The position numbers and the translations under genes were made by a program. From Candidatus Altimarinota bacterium (GTDB taxonomy: Bacteria > Patescibacteriota > Gracilibacteria > UBA1369 > GCA-2718715): a DNA stretch of 64,000 nucleotides. The DNA lies in assembly GCA_041242255.1 (NCBI GenBank), contig JBESAV010000001.1, positions 672,001 through 736,000 of the forward strand, in the 5' to 3' direction. Under the pieces are notes generated by a model. That model saw nothing but the letters and a program-made list of their open reading frames with translations. It was not told the origin of the DNA and searched no databases. Positions 20,037 through 30,452 of this stretch are shown here, one piece after another (within the stretch, counting starts at the first letter, position 1; every line of letters begins with the position of its first letter).

Positions 20037-21623
20037 ATGAAAAAAATTTTATCCTTCCTCTGGGTAATAACAATACTTGGAGCATCAACATTCGTTGCGA
20101 CTGCTTACAGCAATAACCAAAAACATGAAGTCATCCAGATCTCCCTACAAGACTCAACAAGTCAAGCTCTTCAAGAATATGAAGAAGAGGTATATCAAAA
20201 GAAGTTCAGATTAATTCATAACGGAAAAGAATACTCAACTACTATTAAAGAGTTAGGTTTAGACATACAAGCTGATCAACAAAAATCATATTTAAATGAT
20301 ATTTCAAATCTAATCTCACCTTTCACCAAACAAAGAAACCTAGGCATTAACCTAAGTATAGTCGATAGTAGTTACTTAAACCAAAATATACTAAAAGTTT
20401 TAGGTTTAAATTCAGAGCCAATCGAACCAAGCATCTTGTACAAAGATAACAGTATTCAAACTATACAAGGTGAAAATGGATATGTAGTTCTAAATTTAGA
20501 TGAAATAGAAGAGGCCTTACTCACCCAAGAGCCTACAATTACTATTCAAACTCAAACAATAAGCCCAAGCACCTCCGAGCAAGAAATACTAGAACAAAAA
20601 GAACTCCTAGAGCAATTCTCAGAGCAAACCATTACTTTAAAAGATCCTAACAGCCTTTTCACCAAAGACCTAATAGTCAGCAAGGAAGATGTTCAAGTTG
20701 ATTCATCAGCTCTTTACTATCTAAATGAAGAGACTTTTAACAATCTACATCAAGAGCTTAAAGAAAATATAGAACAAAAAAGAGAAGACCTAATTATTAA
20801 TAGCATTGATACTGATACAAACCAGGCAGAGCTGGAAGGTGACTTAAAAGACGGATATTCATTAAGCAAAGAGTCTCTCAAGCAAACCCTAATTACAACT
20901 CTTAACACTGAATTAAAAACTGCAGAGCTTAAAGTAGATGTAGACAAAGCTGAGGTGATTAACAACTTCAATGACCAGACATATACTTTATTAGGTAGAG
21001 GTATATCTAACTATACTGGTTCGGGAGCAGGTAGAGCCCACAATATTCAATTTGCCTCAGATACTAAGTATAAATCATTATTTATTCCACAAGGTTCAAA
21101 GTTTCAATTCAATTCTCACTTAGGTGGGCCAGTTACAATTTCTAGAGGTTGGCAAAATGCCTATGTTATCTCAGGAGGGAAAATAGTCCCTGCACCAGGA
21201 GGTGGAATCTGCCAAATGTCTACAACTGTATACAGAGCCGCACTTAACGCAGGATTACAAATAGATTGGGCCTCAAATCACAGCTTATACGTACACTATT
21301 ACACTGCTTACGGTGATGGTCTAGATGCCGCTATATTCCCAGGCAGCAAAGATCTACATTTCACAAATGATACACCTTCAGATGTAATTCTTCACAGTTA
21401 TTATAATGACAAACAAGATCTTATAGTTAACATCTTAGGAGCTGACGACGGTAGGGAAGTAGCACTGCATGGACCATTCACATCAGGAGACAATGGATCT
21501 AACCCATTTGACGTAACTACAAGAACCAATCAAATCAACTGGGTAAGACAAATCACCACAAAAGAAGGAGAAACTAAAAACGAAACTCTCACATCAACCT
21601 ACACAAACTTCTACAGGAAGTAG
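20037..21623 (+). CDS. VanW-family secreted protein
   Basis: Signal peptide; RAHNI, FNSHLG, GGGICQMSTTVYRAAL, NHS, GLDA, DLHFTN. Confidence 0.9.
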   Translation: MKKILSFLWVITILGASTFVATAYSNNQKHEVIQISLQDSTSQALQEYEEEVYQKKFRLIHNGKEYSTTIKELGLDIQADQQKSYLNDISNLISPFTKQRNLGINLSIVDSSYLNQNILKVLGLNSEPIEPSILYKDNSIQTIQGENGYVVLNLDEIEEALLTQEPTITIQTQTISPSTSEQEILEQKELLEQFSEQTITLKDPNSLFTKDLIVSKEDVQVDSSALYYLNEETFNNLHQELKENIEQKREDLIINSIDTDTNQAELEGDLKDGYSLSKESLKQTLITTLNTELKTAELKVDVDKAEVINNFNDQTYTLLGRGISNYTGSGAGRAHNIQFASDTKYKSLFIPQGSKFQFNSHLGGPVTISRGWQNAYVISGGKIVPAPGGGICQMSTTVYRAALNAGLQIDWASNHSLYVHYYTAYGDGLDAAIFPGSKDLHFTNDTPSDVILHSYYNDKQDLIVNILGADDGREVALHGPFTSGDNGSNPFDVTTRTNQINWVRQITTKEGETKNETLTSTYTNFYRK

Positions 21624-22321
21624 TTATATCCGACCCAAAATAAATATATTAAAGGTAAGTGCAATAAGTAAAACGCAAGTGCCTTTTTTCCAATTACATC
21701 AAGTCCCATAATTTTCCATCCTTTCACATTATCCGGTAATTTCATAAACAAACCACCCAAGCTAAACCCTAGCAACACATATCCAAACCAGGGCACTAGA
21801 CCAAAGTAGTCGAAAGACTGAAACCCTTCTGGAGCAACCCCCAAAACAAACTCAATAGGCATGTTAGATATGTTTCTTGCTATAAATTCATGTATTGGAA
21901 GGACTATAAAAGCTGCTCCAAGCAAGAAATTAAAAGACTTAGGCAAGCTACTCATACCTATCATCAAAACATTTGCTAATGCTATAAAATGCAATATTCC
22001 AAGCACTACCCAATACTGAGGTATAACAATATAGCTAACAACTGACACCACAAATGCAGCAACACCAACTAGCATAGCTCTTCTAACCTGTTTCTCAGCA
22101 AAAGACTTAAAGCTTGAACGTCTACTCCATATCAGATAAGTACTCAGCCCAACTAAAGCTATGAAACTTATTCTTACAAACTGCCCAAGAGCAAATCCAG
22201 ACATCCCAAAAAGCCAAGATGTACTTGGCCTAAGAACAAAAATTCTAATTGCTTCAAAGTGATACAAGAACATCCCAGCACATGCTAAACCGCGCCAGGT
22301 ATCTAAAGCCTTATATCTCAT
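21611..22321 (-). CDS. DUF1624/HGSNAT-like membrane acyltransferase
   Basis: LDTWRGLA, GILHFI, DYFGLVPWFG, FYLLH. Confidence 0.85.
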   Translation of the reverse strand: MRYKALDTWRGLACAGMFLYHFEAIRIFVLRPSTSWLFGMSGFALGQFVRISFIALVGLSTYLIWSRRSSFKSFAEKQVRRAMLVGVAAFVVSVVSYIVIPQYWVVLGILHFIALANVLMIGMSSLPKSFNFLLGAAFIVLPIHEFIARNISNMPIEFVLGVAPEGFQSFDYFGLVPWFGYVLLGFSLGGLFMKLPDNVKGWKIMGLDVIGKKALAFYLLHLPLIYLFWVGYNYFL

Positions 22322-22336
22322 ATGTATAAATATAAA

Positions 22337-22413
22337 TGGTACCCAAGAAAGGATTCGAACCTTTGACCTTCGCCTTAGAAGGGCGCTGCTCTATCCAGCT
22401 GAGCTACTTGGGC
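22337..22413 (-). tRNA. tRNA-Arg(TCT)
   Basis: GCCCAAGTAGCTCAGCTGGATAGAGCA..CTTCTAA..GGTTCGAATCC..TTGGGTACCA cloverleaf with encoded CCA. Confidence 0.96.
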
Positions 22414-22473
22414 AAGATTAACGTGTAAAATTTAGCAAAACTTTCACGTTTGTAAAACCTTTTTTCAGATAAA

Positions 22474-24372
22474 TTAGTATACGTACCTTCCTGTCTCAAT
22501 GATCGATAGGAATTTATAAGCAATTACAGCCACATCTCTTCTAGTCAAAGACTGCTCTAAATTATCTAAATCCTCTGTTGTAATAATGTTCCTCATAAGA
22601 GCTTCTTGAAGGTAAGGTGCATACCAAGCATCTACATCAAAGTAATCTGCATATGATGCATTAACTTCATCATCTATGTCTGCTCCCATTGCTTCAAAGT
22701 ACATTTTTAGCAACTCAACAAGATTCACACCTCTTTCAGGATTAAAACTAGCTCTACTAGAGTCAATCGAACCTAGTTCAACCGCTTTCTTTATACTATC
22801 TTCAAACCAATCATCTTTTGAAACATCATTGAAACTTAAGTTATTAGAAAGAGTTACATCTTCAAATATACCAGGTTTAGCTGTTTCAATTGTTCTTATA
22901 AGGAAAGTAAGTGAAGCTGCTCTATTAACCTCATCGTATAAGCGAGCATCTCCTTCGTCTCCTTGAACGATTCCAGCTTTCTTCAATGCAGTAAGTTTAA
23001 GAATGTCTACGTCGTCACTTTCTACATCATAAAATAGACGAACATCAATCGGATCTGAAGAATATTTTCGCCCGTCAATTTTTGCTTCAATAACATGCTT
23101 TCCAAGAACTCTTGGTCTAAAATCAATCTCATTATCTCCATTCGATAGGTAAGAACTATATTTCAAATCAGCTCTTTCTGATGAAGTAATTTTATTATCA
23201 ATATTAGTGGCTGCTGCAAGTAGATTTGAATTATTCACAGTTGCAGTCAACTCAACCTCATCTCCCAAAAGCACAACACTTGGAGTTTTAAATTCTAAGT
23301 CATTTAATGACAGTTTTTCTTTAACCTCAGGAACATCTATACTTATAGTTTCCTCATTAGGCTTTAAATCAGAGCTACTTCCACCAAAAGGGTTTTTATT
23401 TACAACTTCTTCCGGCTCAATAAAATCAATAGAGTTATCATTTTCAGGCTCATCTACTGCTTCATTAGATGATTCTTCAGGTAAATCTACATTTCCAACG
23501 CTGGATTCATAGCTTAAATTAGCCTCTACAAAATCCATTGGATTAACTGTGTATCTTCTACCTTTCTCACTACCAAGACCGGCATTTACAGCTTCGTAAA
23601 AGCTTAACCCGGCATCTTGTGCCTCCTGCCAAGTAAATGGCCAGTACGGATGGAAAGGTGCATCAGCAGTATCGATCTGAAAGTGCACATGTGGAGTACT
23701 TGATGTACCTGTAGAACCATTATATCCAATCAAATCACCTTTGTTTACTTTCTCTCCCACGTTGACAACTGATTCATCCAAATGGGAATAACTGGCATAG
23801 TAAGTGGTGAAGTTACCAGGATTCTCAACATCTGGTACATTATCATGCCTCACTACTACATATTTCCCGAACCCTGTGGTTCTATCTTGAACATCTGTAA
23901 CAATACCATTAGCAATACTTACAATAGGCGTTCTCATCAAAAGTTTGATGTCTACAGCTGGATGTCCTCCAGCTCCAGCTATCCCATCAAGTTTGTAATT
24001 ACCCATGTATGGTACCGAGTAAGTTATCCTTTCATTTCTTATTCTATTACTTCCAGCTGAACTGAAATCAAGATCATCAAAACTTATAGCTAAATTTCTT
24101 TCATTATACTCGTATGGAGCAGAAAGTTTACTAGCTGAAATACTATTAAAGTCCATCTCTCTTTCGGAGTCCGTCAGAGCAGTCCAATCAACAGTTTTCT
24201 CATATGGATAAACTGTTCCATCAAAGGGATCATGAGACTCAATGCTCAAAACATTCGCACCTAAGAAGTGTGATAGATCACCAACAGTTAAAGTCATACC
24301 AAAAATACCTAGTATAGCCGCATAGGCTAATGGCTTTTTAAATTTCTTCGAAACACTTGCAAGAAACAACAT
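22474..24372 (-). CDS. M23 peptidoglycan endopeptidase with three C-terminal SLH domains
   Basis: HPAVD, YSHL and PHVHF M23 motifs; FYDV..GIVQG..VNRA, FNDV..DWF..FNP and AWYAPY..LTRRD SLH repeats. Confidence 0.88.
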   Translation of the reverse strand: MLFLASVSKKFKKPLAYAAILGIFGMTLTVGDLSHFLGANVLSIESHDPFDGTVYPYEKTVDWTALTDSEREMDFNSISASKLSAPYEYNERNLAISFDDLDFSSAGSNRIRNERITYSVPYMGNYKLDGIAGAGGHPAVDIKLLMRTPIVSIANGIVTDVQDRTTGFGKYVVVRHDNVPDVENPGNFTTYYASYSHLDESVVNVGEKVNKGDLIGYNGSTGTSSTPHVHFQIDTADAPFHPYWPFTWQEAQDAGLSFYEAVNAGLGSEKGRRYTVNPMDFVEANLSYESSVGNVDLPEESSNEAVDEPENDNSIDFIEPEEVVNKNPFGGSSSDLKPNEETISIDVPEVKEKLSLNDLEFKTPSVVLLGDEVELTATVNNSNLLAAATNIDNKITSSERADLKYSSYLSNGDNEIDFRPRVLGKHVIEAKIDGRKYSSDPIDVRLFYDVESDDVDILKLTALKKAGIVQGDEGDARLYDEVNRAASLTFLIRTIETAKPGIFEDVTLSNNLSFNDVSKDDWFEDSIKKAVELGSIDSSRASFNPERGVNLVELLKMYFEAMGADIDDEVNASYADYFDVDAWYAPYLQEALMRNIITTEDLDNLEQSLTRRDVAVIAYKFLSIIETGRYVY

Positions 24373-24426
24373 ATAATCTATTAAATCTTACAATTATAAC
24401 AGATTTACATGTATCTAGCAAACTAT

Positions 24427-26043
24427 CTAATCAAACTGAGCGTTAATATAATCAATCGTATCAGCATCTAAATTTCCTGCACTAAACACATCAATATCAT
24501 TGATCAGATTGTTATCAAACTTAAACTGTGACATTGCACTAAAAGTCTGGTCACCGTAGTATTTAGTTAGCAATACAGATTTTAGATACCCTTGATCTTG
24601 CAAAAACTTTTGAAGAACAAAAACATCGTTTCCAGTATCACCAAGTCTTAGCTCTTTTTCAAAGAGTCTATTTTCGAACTCGTCTAAGCTTTTCAAGCCA
24701 ACATTAATACGAGCCAAATACTTATCATAAAATTGATTTAAGAAAACTCTAGTTTTCGGACCAACTTCTCCTGCGCCAGCGTCGGAAACTTGATTAATAA
24801 TGCCGTATTTCAACTGAAGTTTTATCACAGCATGTTGAGTTACAGGTCCAAAGTAACCTGTAGGTTCTAGTCTAAACAAATTAAGGCGCCCCAACATTTC
24901 CTGGAGTGCTCTAACTTCTTCACTAGTTTGACCTAGTCTAAGGTTATTTTTAAACTTTTGGGCTTCAGTTAAAAACTCATATCTAATCTCAGTACTACCA
25001 TTCTGTTCATTTGTTATCTCATTTGGTAAAAGCAGGGCCACTGCATCTTTCATAGCTTCCTGAGTACTCTCTCCAAAATAACCTGCTGAAAGGTTCTCTG
25101 ATGAGTTAATAACACCTTCGTCCATTTGGAATTTAATTAGTGCTCTTTCAGTTTGAGCATCAAACTCTTCTGTTAAATCAATTACATACCCAAGCATCCT
25201 AAGTGTTCTTTGTAGGTTCAAAACATCATTCCCAGAAGAACCCAAGCCTAAATTATTTGAAGGTATTGATTCTTCTAACTCTCTTCTCTTATTTACGATT
25301 ATCTGCTCAATTTGTTCAATAGAAGTACTACCCAAAATACCTTGAGGATTTATATTAATACTTACTATTTCTCCATAGTCTTTATCCATATCTAGAAGAG
25401 CTTCTTTTGTGCTAACTCCAAAATATCCGTCCACTTCTCCATCAAAATATCCTAGATCAGCTAAAAGCTGTTGTAAGACTGACACTGCAGCACCAGTATC
25501 ACCAACTTTTAAGTTATCAAGAGTATCCAGGGGTTTAGTATCTACTTCTTTTAGAAATGTTGATTCTGTAGGGAGATTCCAGCCAGCTTTTTCAGCAAGC
25601 TCAACATCTGCCTCCACACCCAGGGTTTTCAAATTAACAGTTCTTTTTCCCCAGTTTAGAGCTGCAGTTAGACCTTCTTCACCATATCCTGTCCATAAAT
25701 CCAATCTATTACCTTGAATAGCACCACCACGATCCAAAATCACATAATTCCCCATACCTTCAAGTTCAACAATAGTTCCAAACTCAAAACAAGAAGGAGA
25801 AGCCAAAAATGCACCAGGCGCATCTGCAACTTTAACTCCAGAAGCTGTAGTTACACCACCACCATTCAACCTTATATCACCAACATACGTACCAGTAGCA
25901 TAGTAACTTTGTCCTGGTAGGGGAGAGTAGTAAGCTGATACAACATATTCACCATCACCGCAGGCTCTTGCTTCCACAACGCCAACTCCCAAAGAAAGCC
26001 CTAGCGATAAAACTATAACTGAAAGAAATTTTCTTTTATTCAT
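24427..26043 (-). CDS. 3D-domain (MltA/RlpA-like) protein with about four PG_binding_1 repeats
   Basis: SAYY, TASG, DRGGAIQGNRLDLW; repeats such as LKVGDTGAAVSVLQQLL and DGYFG. Confidence 0.85.
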   Translation of the reverse strand: MNKRKFLSVIVLSLGLSLGVGVVEARACGDGEYVVSAYYSPLPGQSYYATGTYVGDIRLNGGGVTTASGVKVADAPGAFLASPSCFEFGTIVELEGMGNYVILDRGGAIQGNRLDLWTGYGEEGLTAALNWGKRTVNLKTLGVEADVELAEKAGWNLPTESTFLKEVDTKPLDTLDNLKVGDTGAAVSVLQQLLADLGYFDGEVDGYFGVSTKEALLDMDKDYGEIVSININPQGILGSTSIEQIEQIIVNKRRELEESIPSNNLGLGSSGNDVLNLQRTLRMLGYVIDLTEEFDAQTERALIKFQMDEGVINSSENLSAGYFGESTQEAMKDAVALLLPNEITNEQNGSTEIRYEFLTEAQKFKNNLRLGQTSEEVRALQEMLGRLNLFRLEPTGYFGPVTQHAVIKLQLKYGIINQVSDAGAGEVGPKTRVFLNQFYDKYLARINVGLKSLDEFENRLFEKELRLGDTGNDVFVLQKFLQDQGYLKSVLLTKYYGDQTFSAMSQFKFDNNLINDIDVFSAGNLDADTIDYINAQFD

Positions 26044-26124
26044 ATTTTATTTAAAACAGTAGAAAGTATATACCACATACTACCAAAGTAAACAAAACAA
26101 TTTTAGCATTTGTAAATAGAATAC

Positions 26125-28587
26125 CTATGCTCCAATTCGTCTTAAAATTTCTCTGTTAACAAACTCAACATCACGCCCGTGCTTCAATCTAGACAATTCT
26201 TTAATTGCCCTTCCAAGCTCAGGGTTACCTTGTTCAAGGTATGGATTTAAAGGTATTACTGAGAATGGTGTAGAAGGTTGATTATCAATAGAAAGCTTCA
26301 TCACAGCCTTGAACTTATCAATGTTAACCAAATCCTGATCTGAAAAAACCGGAGCCATTTCTTTGGCTATATACTCTGCATCTTGCGCCCCTATTTTATA
26401 ACACATCTTTGTACCAACATTCCCAAATACCGCATTTTTAATCTTCTCATCCTGCTTCTCTACTAACTGACCAATATATTGATGAGCAATATTTAAACTC
26501 AATCTATACTTACGAGCCTCAGACAAAATAGATTCAATTGCATCAGTTACATAATTTTGAAACTCATCTATATATAAATAGAAATCAGTCCTATCTTCTT
26601 GTGCCATAGTTTGTCTTCGCATAGCAGCCATTTGAAGTTTAGAAACTATTATCATCCCTAGCAACTTACTATTTATATCACCAGTCAAACCTTTTGAAAG
26701 ATTCATTAACAAAATCTTCCCATCCTGCATAACTTCTCCAAAATCAAAAGCAGATTTAGTCTGTCCAATTATATTCCTCATCATCGTATTAGTAATAAAC
26801 GCCCCAAATTTAGCTGCAAAGTACGGAATCATTTCTTGTTTCTCTCTGGCTCCAGTATTCGCCATTTGGTTTTCCCAAAAGGACTTCACAATAGGATTCT
26901 GTACTTTTTCGACTTTGACCCTTTGAAAAGCATCATCAGTAAACAATCTAACTATATCAGTTAGTGCACCTCCATCAGGATCTTCCATTAATGTTAAGCA
27001 ACCATTCCTAAAATAATCTTGAATTCTCGGACCAAAAACATCCTCATTGAAAAGTTTAATCATAATATTCATCGCATCTAAGGCAACCAAATCCTTCTCT
27101 GAATCACTTTTTGCTTCTAGCAAGTTCAACCCAAGTGGCCTCTCTAAATCAGCAGGATTAAAGTAAATCACATCATCAGCTCTTTCTTTAGGAATAAAAT
27201 TCAAGGTATCTTCCACCAAATCACCATGTGGGTCTACAATACATACACCATGTCCATTTCTTATATCTTGTCTAATCATTGATTTGAAGATAGAGGACTT
27301 ACCTGTACCAGTCTGACCAATCACATAAAAATGTCTAAACCTATCTTCAGTCTTCATTCTAATCTCAGTCTTTTGCCCACGATAAATATTGTGCCCAAGC
27401 AAAACACCTTCTTTAGGAACATTTATTGGAGCAGGTGAGATCTTATAGTTCTGCCAATTAATAACTGGTGACCTATTAAAACGAATATTTGGTATATGGA
27501 AAATTGAAGCTAATTCATCAGCAGTTAAAATAGAATGTTTTTTCGAAAGGCCAGCGTATTTATCAAACGCTCTGGTTTTATAAGAAACTTTTAACTTCTC
27601 AGGCTTACCTATATCAACTGTTTCAAATTTATTACCGTCTGTATAAGAAAACAAAGAGAAAGAGCTCATGAGATTCATCATATTCTGCTCCGCTGAGCCC
27701 TTGTCATCTCCTGAAACCATAACTCTTATAATTGTATCAAATCCTACCTTTGTATTTTTTTCGTCTATTGCCTTGATCTCTTCTTCAGCAATCTGGGTTT
27801 TACGTTTAGGACCTGACAATTTATCCCCACCACTATCTTCAGAAAAAGCTTCTTCTCCTTTAAGCATAAGCTTGGCTAAGACAAAAGGCCACTTCCATGG
27901 CTTAACCCAATCAGACTTAGATTTCTCACCTTCATCATTAAGCATATCCTGAGCTTTTTTACGTCCAGCTTCTTGCCAGTTTGATTCCATTGGCCTAACT
28001 ATCATTTGAATCGCTGCTGCTTCTCCCTGTTCGAGCTTAGATAGGGAACCAACTATATCATTTAGCGGGTCCGAACTAATGTAATTATAATTTCGTATTG
28101 GATAAATCGAATCTTTGCTTAATTGCAATTGCTCAATCAAAACTACCTTAGAATCGTCAAACCTAGTGTAATCATGAATTTCTTCCATATAGGTATCTTG
28201 AAAGAATCCAGCAATTTTTTTCTCAACTAACCTAGATAATCTTTTTGGACATGACACATAAAGGTTAACCTGACCATCATCAAGAGCATACTCAAAAGAA
28301 ATATGATCTTCGCCTCTTACTTTATTTTGAAAGTCACCATTATATATACTATATAAAGAATCATAGAATTGTGACATCACAGCCACATAATCCTTATAAC
28401 CTCCTTGGCTACTAATCGCTTGGTTGTCCTTTTCTCTTTCTTCCTTTGAATCTTTTTTAGGGATAACAATTCTAAATAAAACATATTCATCCAAAAGCTC
28501 TTCAATAAGCTTTTTCTTCCAACTAAAAAATATTGCCCCACTTGCAATTCCACCGACAACTACGCTAAGCAATATTAGTTCAAACAA
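26125..28587 (-). CDS. Membrane-anchored VirD4/TraD-like (HerA/FtsK superfamily) ATPase
   Basis: N-terminal TM, RHFYVIGQTGTGKS, DPHGD, YIDEFQ, SEARKYRL, AHQ, GNVGT. Confidence 0.88.
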   Translation of the reverse strand: MFELILLSVVVGGIASGAIFFSWKKKLIEELLDEYVLFRIVIPKKDSKEEREKDNQAISSQGGYKDYVAVMSQFYDSLYSIYNGDFQNKVRGEDHISFEYALDDGQVNLYVSCPKRLSRLVEKKIAGFFQDTYMEEIHDYTRFDDSKVVLIEQLQLSKDSIYPIRNYNYISSDPLNDIVGSLSKLEQGEAAAIQMIVRPMESNWQEAGRKKAQDMLNDEGEKSKSDWVKPWKWPFVLAKLMLKGEEAFSEDSGGDKLSGPKRKTQIAEEEIKAIDEKNTKVGFDTIIRVMVSGDDKGSAEQNMMNLMSSFSLFSYTDGNKFETVDIGKPEKLKVSYKTRAFDKYAGLSKKHSILTADELASIFHIPNIRFNRSPVINWQNYKISPAPINVPKEGVLLGHNIYRGQKTEIRMKTEDRFRHFYVIGQTGTGKSSIFKSMIRQDIRNGHGVCIVDPHGDLVEDTLNFIPKERADDVIYFNPADLERPLGLNLLEAKSDSEKDLVALDAMNIMIKLFNEDVFGPRIQDYFRNGCLTLMEDPDGGALTDIVRLFTDDAFQRVKVEKVQNPIVKSFWENQMANTGAREKQEMIPYFAAKFGAFITNTMMRNIIGQTKSAFDFGEVMQDGKILLMNLSKGLTGDINSKLLGMIIVSKLQMAAMRRQTMAQEDRTDFYLYIDEFQNYVTDAIESILSEARKYRLSLNIAHQYIGQLVEKQDEKIKNAVFGNVGTKMCYKIGAQDAEYIAKEMAPVFSDQDLVNIDKFKAVMKLSIDNQPSTPFSVIPLNPYLEQGNPELGRAIKELSRLKHGRDVEFVNREILRRIGA

Positions 28588-28629
28588 TTTAAAAAAGTTA
28601 CTTTTATTATTATACCAGATTTACGATCT

Positions 28630-30402
28630 TTATTCTACAACCTTAATCCCTGATTCATCAATAGTAGTTTGATCAACTTTTGAAGGAGCACCAAGCATTA
28701 GATCTTTCGCCTTAGAGTCTTTAGGGAAGGCAATAACCTCTCTAATATTTGGCTCTTCAGCAAACAACATAACTATTCTATCTAATCCCCAAGCAATCCC
28801 ACCATGTGGAGGCACCCCATAACTAAAGGCTTCCAGCATGTGACCAAACCTAAGCTCAGCATCTTCTTTCGAAATACCAAGTAATTCAAAAACCTTAGCT
28901 TGGAGTTCTTGATCATGAATTCTTATAGACCCTCCACCAATTTCGTTACCATTCATAACAAGGTCATAAGCTCTAGAATTAACCATTAATGGCGCTTCAT
29001 CAAGTAGATTTAGTTCATCTAAATTAGGCGAAGTAAATGGATGATGCATTGCAGCTAAAGATCCATCATTACCTTTCTCAAACATTGGGAAATTTGTAAC
29101 CCAACACAAAGCAAATTCATTTGAATCAAGTAATTCAAATCTTCTTGCAACTTCTAACCTAACTTGCCCAAGAGACTCACAAGCTACTTCAAACTCATCA
29201 GCAGTGAAGAAAACTAGGTCACCTTCAGAAATATCTAGCCTTTCTTTTAATAAATTTATCTCACCATTAGACATAAACTTAAGGATAGGCGACTTCATAT
29301 CTCCATCTTGCATCTTCACAAAGGCTAAACCTTTCGCTTTGTAAATTTTTGCAACTTCAGTTAGTTCATCAATATCTTTCCTAGAAAATTCAGATGCTTT
29401 TCCAGCAAGCTTTAATGCTTTCACAACACCTCTTTCAGAACGAGCATGTGAAGCAAAAGCTTCAAATTCACTATTTTCAAATATATCCGTAACATCCTCT
29501 ATCTCATATCCAAATCTCAAATCAGGCTTATCTGAACCATATTTGTTCATTGCTTCATGATAAGTCATTACTTTTGGCTCATCAAATAGCAACTTAGCTT
29601 CTGGTTTAAACTCTTCAATTAGTTTCATCAATAACTCTTGATTCACATTCATTACATCTGCTTCATCAACGAAACTCATCTCCATATCAAGCTGAGTAAA
29701 TTCCGGCTGACGATCACCACGTTGGTCTTCATCTCTAAAACATCTAGCAATTTGGAAATATTTATCCATACCTGCAACCATCAAAAGCTGCTTTAGTTGC
29801 TGTGGTGATTGTGGAAGCACATAAAAATTACCATTATAGAGCCTTGAAGGAACAATATATTCACGACTCCCTTCCGGAGTACCTTTAATCAAAATAGGAG
29901 TCTCAACTTCAGTGAAGCCTTTCTCACACATATAATCACGAATAAACTTGATCATATCATGTCTTAGCTGGATATTATTTTTCATTTTTTCTCTTCGTAT
30001 ATCGAGATATCTATACTTCAACCTTAACTCTTCAGAAACATTATCATCAGAATCAATCTCAAACGGTGTAGTTTGAGCTTTACTTAAAACTTCAATCTCA
30101 CTTACTAAAACTTCAATTTCACCAGTTTCCATCTTTACGTTAACCATACCATCTGGACGGTTTCTAACTTTACCCTTAACTCCTATAACCCATTCAGATC
30201 TAACATCTTCTGCAATTGCGTGAGCCTTCTCTTCTACTTCTGGATCAAAAACAATTTGAGTAATCCCATACTTATCACGAAGATCAATGAATATTAAACC
30301 ACCATGATCACGTCTTCTATTTACAAATCCGTTTAAAATAACTTCATCACCAGAGTTCGACTTTCTTAATTCGTTTAATAAATGAGTTCTTTTCAGTTTC
30401 AT
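28630..30402 (-). CDS. aspS: Aspartyl-tRNA synthetase, probably non-discriminating Asp/Asn
   Basis: RRDHGGLIFIDLRD, LPQSPQ, FRDED, PPHGGIAWGLDR. Confidence 0.97.
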   Translation of the reverse strand: MKLKRTHLLNELRKSNSGDEVILNGFVNRRRDHGGLIFIDLRDKYGITQIVFDPEVEEKAHAIAEDVRSEWVIGVKGKVRNRPDGMVNVKMETGEIEVLVSEIEVLSKAQTTPFEIDSDDNVSEELRLKYRYLDIRREKMKNNIQLRHDMIKFIRDYMCEKGFTEVETPILIKGTPEGSREYIVPSRLYNGNFYVLPQSPQQLKQLLMVAGMDKYFQIARCFRDEDQRGDRQPEFTQLDMEMSFVDEADVMNVNQELLMKLIEEFKPEAKLLFDEPKVMTYHEAMNKYGSDKPDLRFGYEIEDVTDIFENSEFEAFASHARSERGVVKALKLAGKASEFSRKDIDELTEVAKIYKAKGLAFVKMQDGDMKSPILKFMSNGEINLLKERLDISEGDLVFFTADEFEVACESLGQVRLEVARRFELLDSNEFALCWVTNFPMFEKGNDGSLAAMHHPFTSPNLDELNLLDEAPLMVNSRAYDLVMNGNEIGGGSIRIHDQELQAKVFELLGISKEDAELRFGHMLEAFSYGVPPHGGIAWGLDRIVMLFAEEPNIREVIAFPKDSKAKDLMLGAPSKVDQTTIDESGIKVVE

Positions 30403-30452
30403 ATTTTTACTTTAATTTTTGATCAGAGTAAAAATACCACATGTCCAATCTA

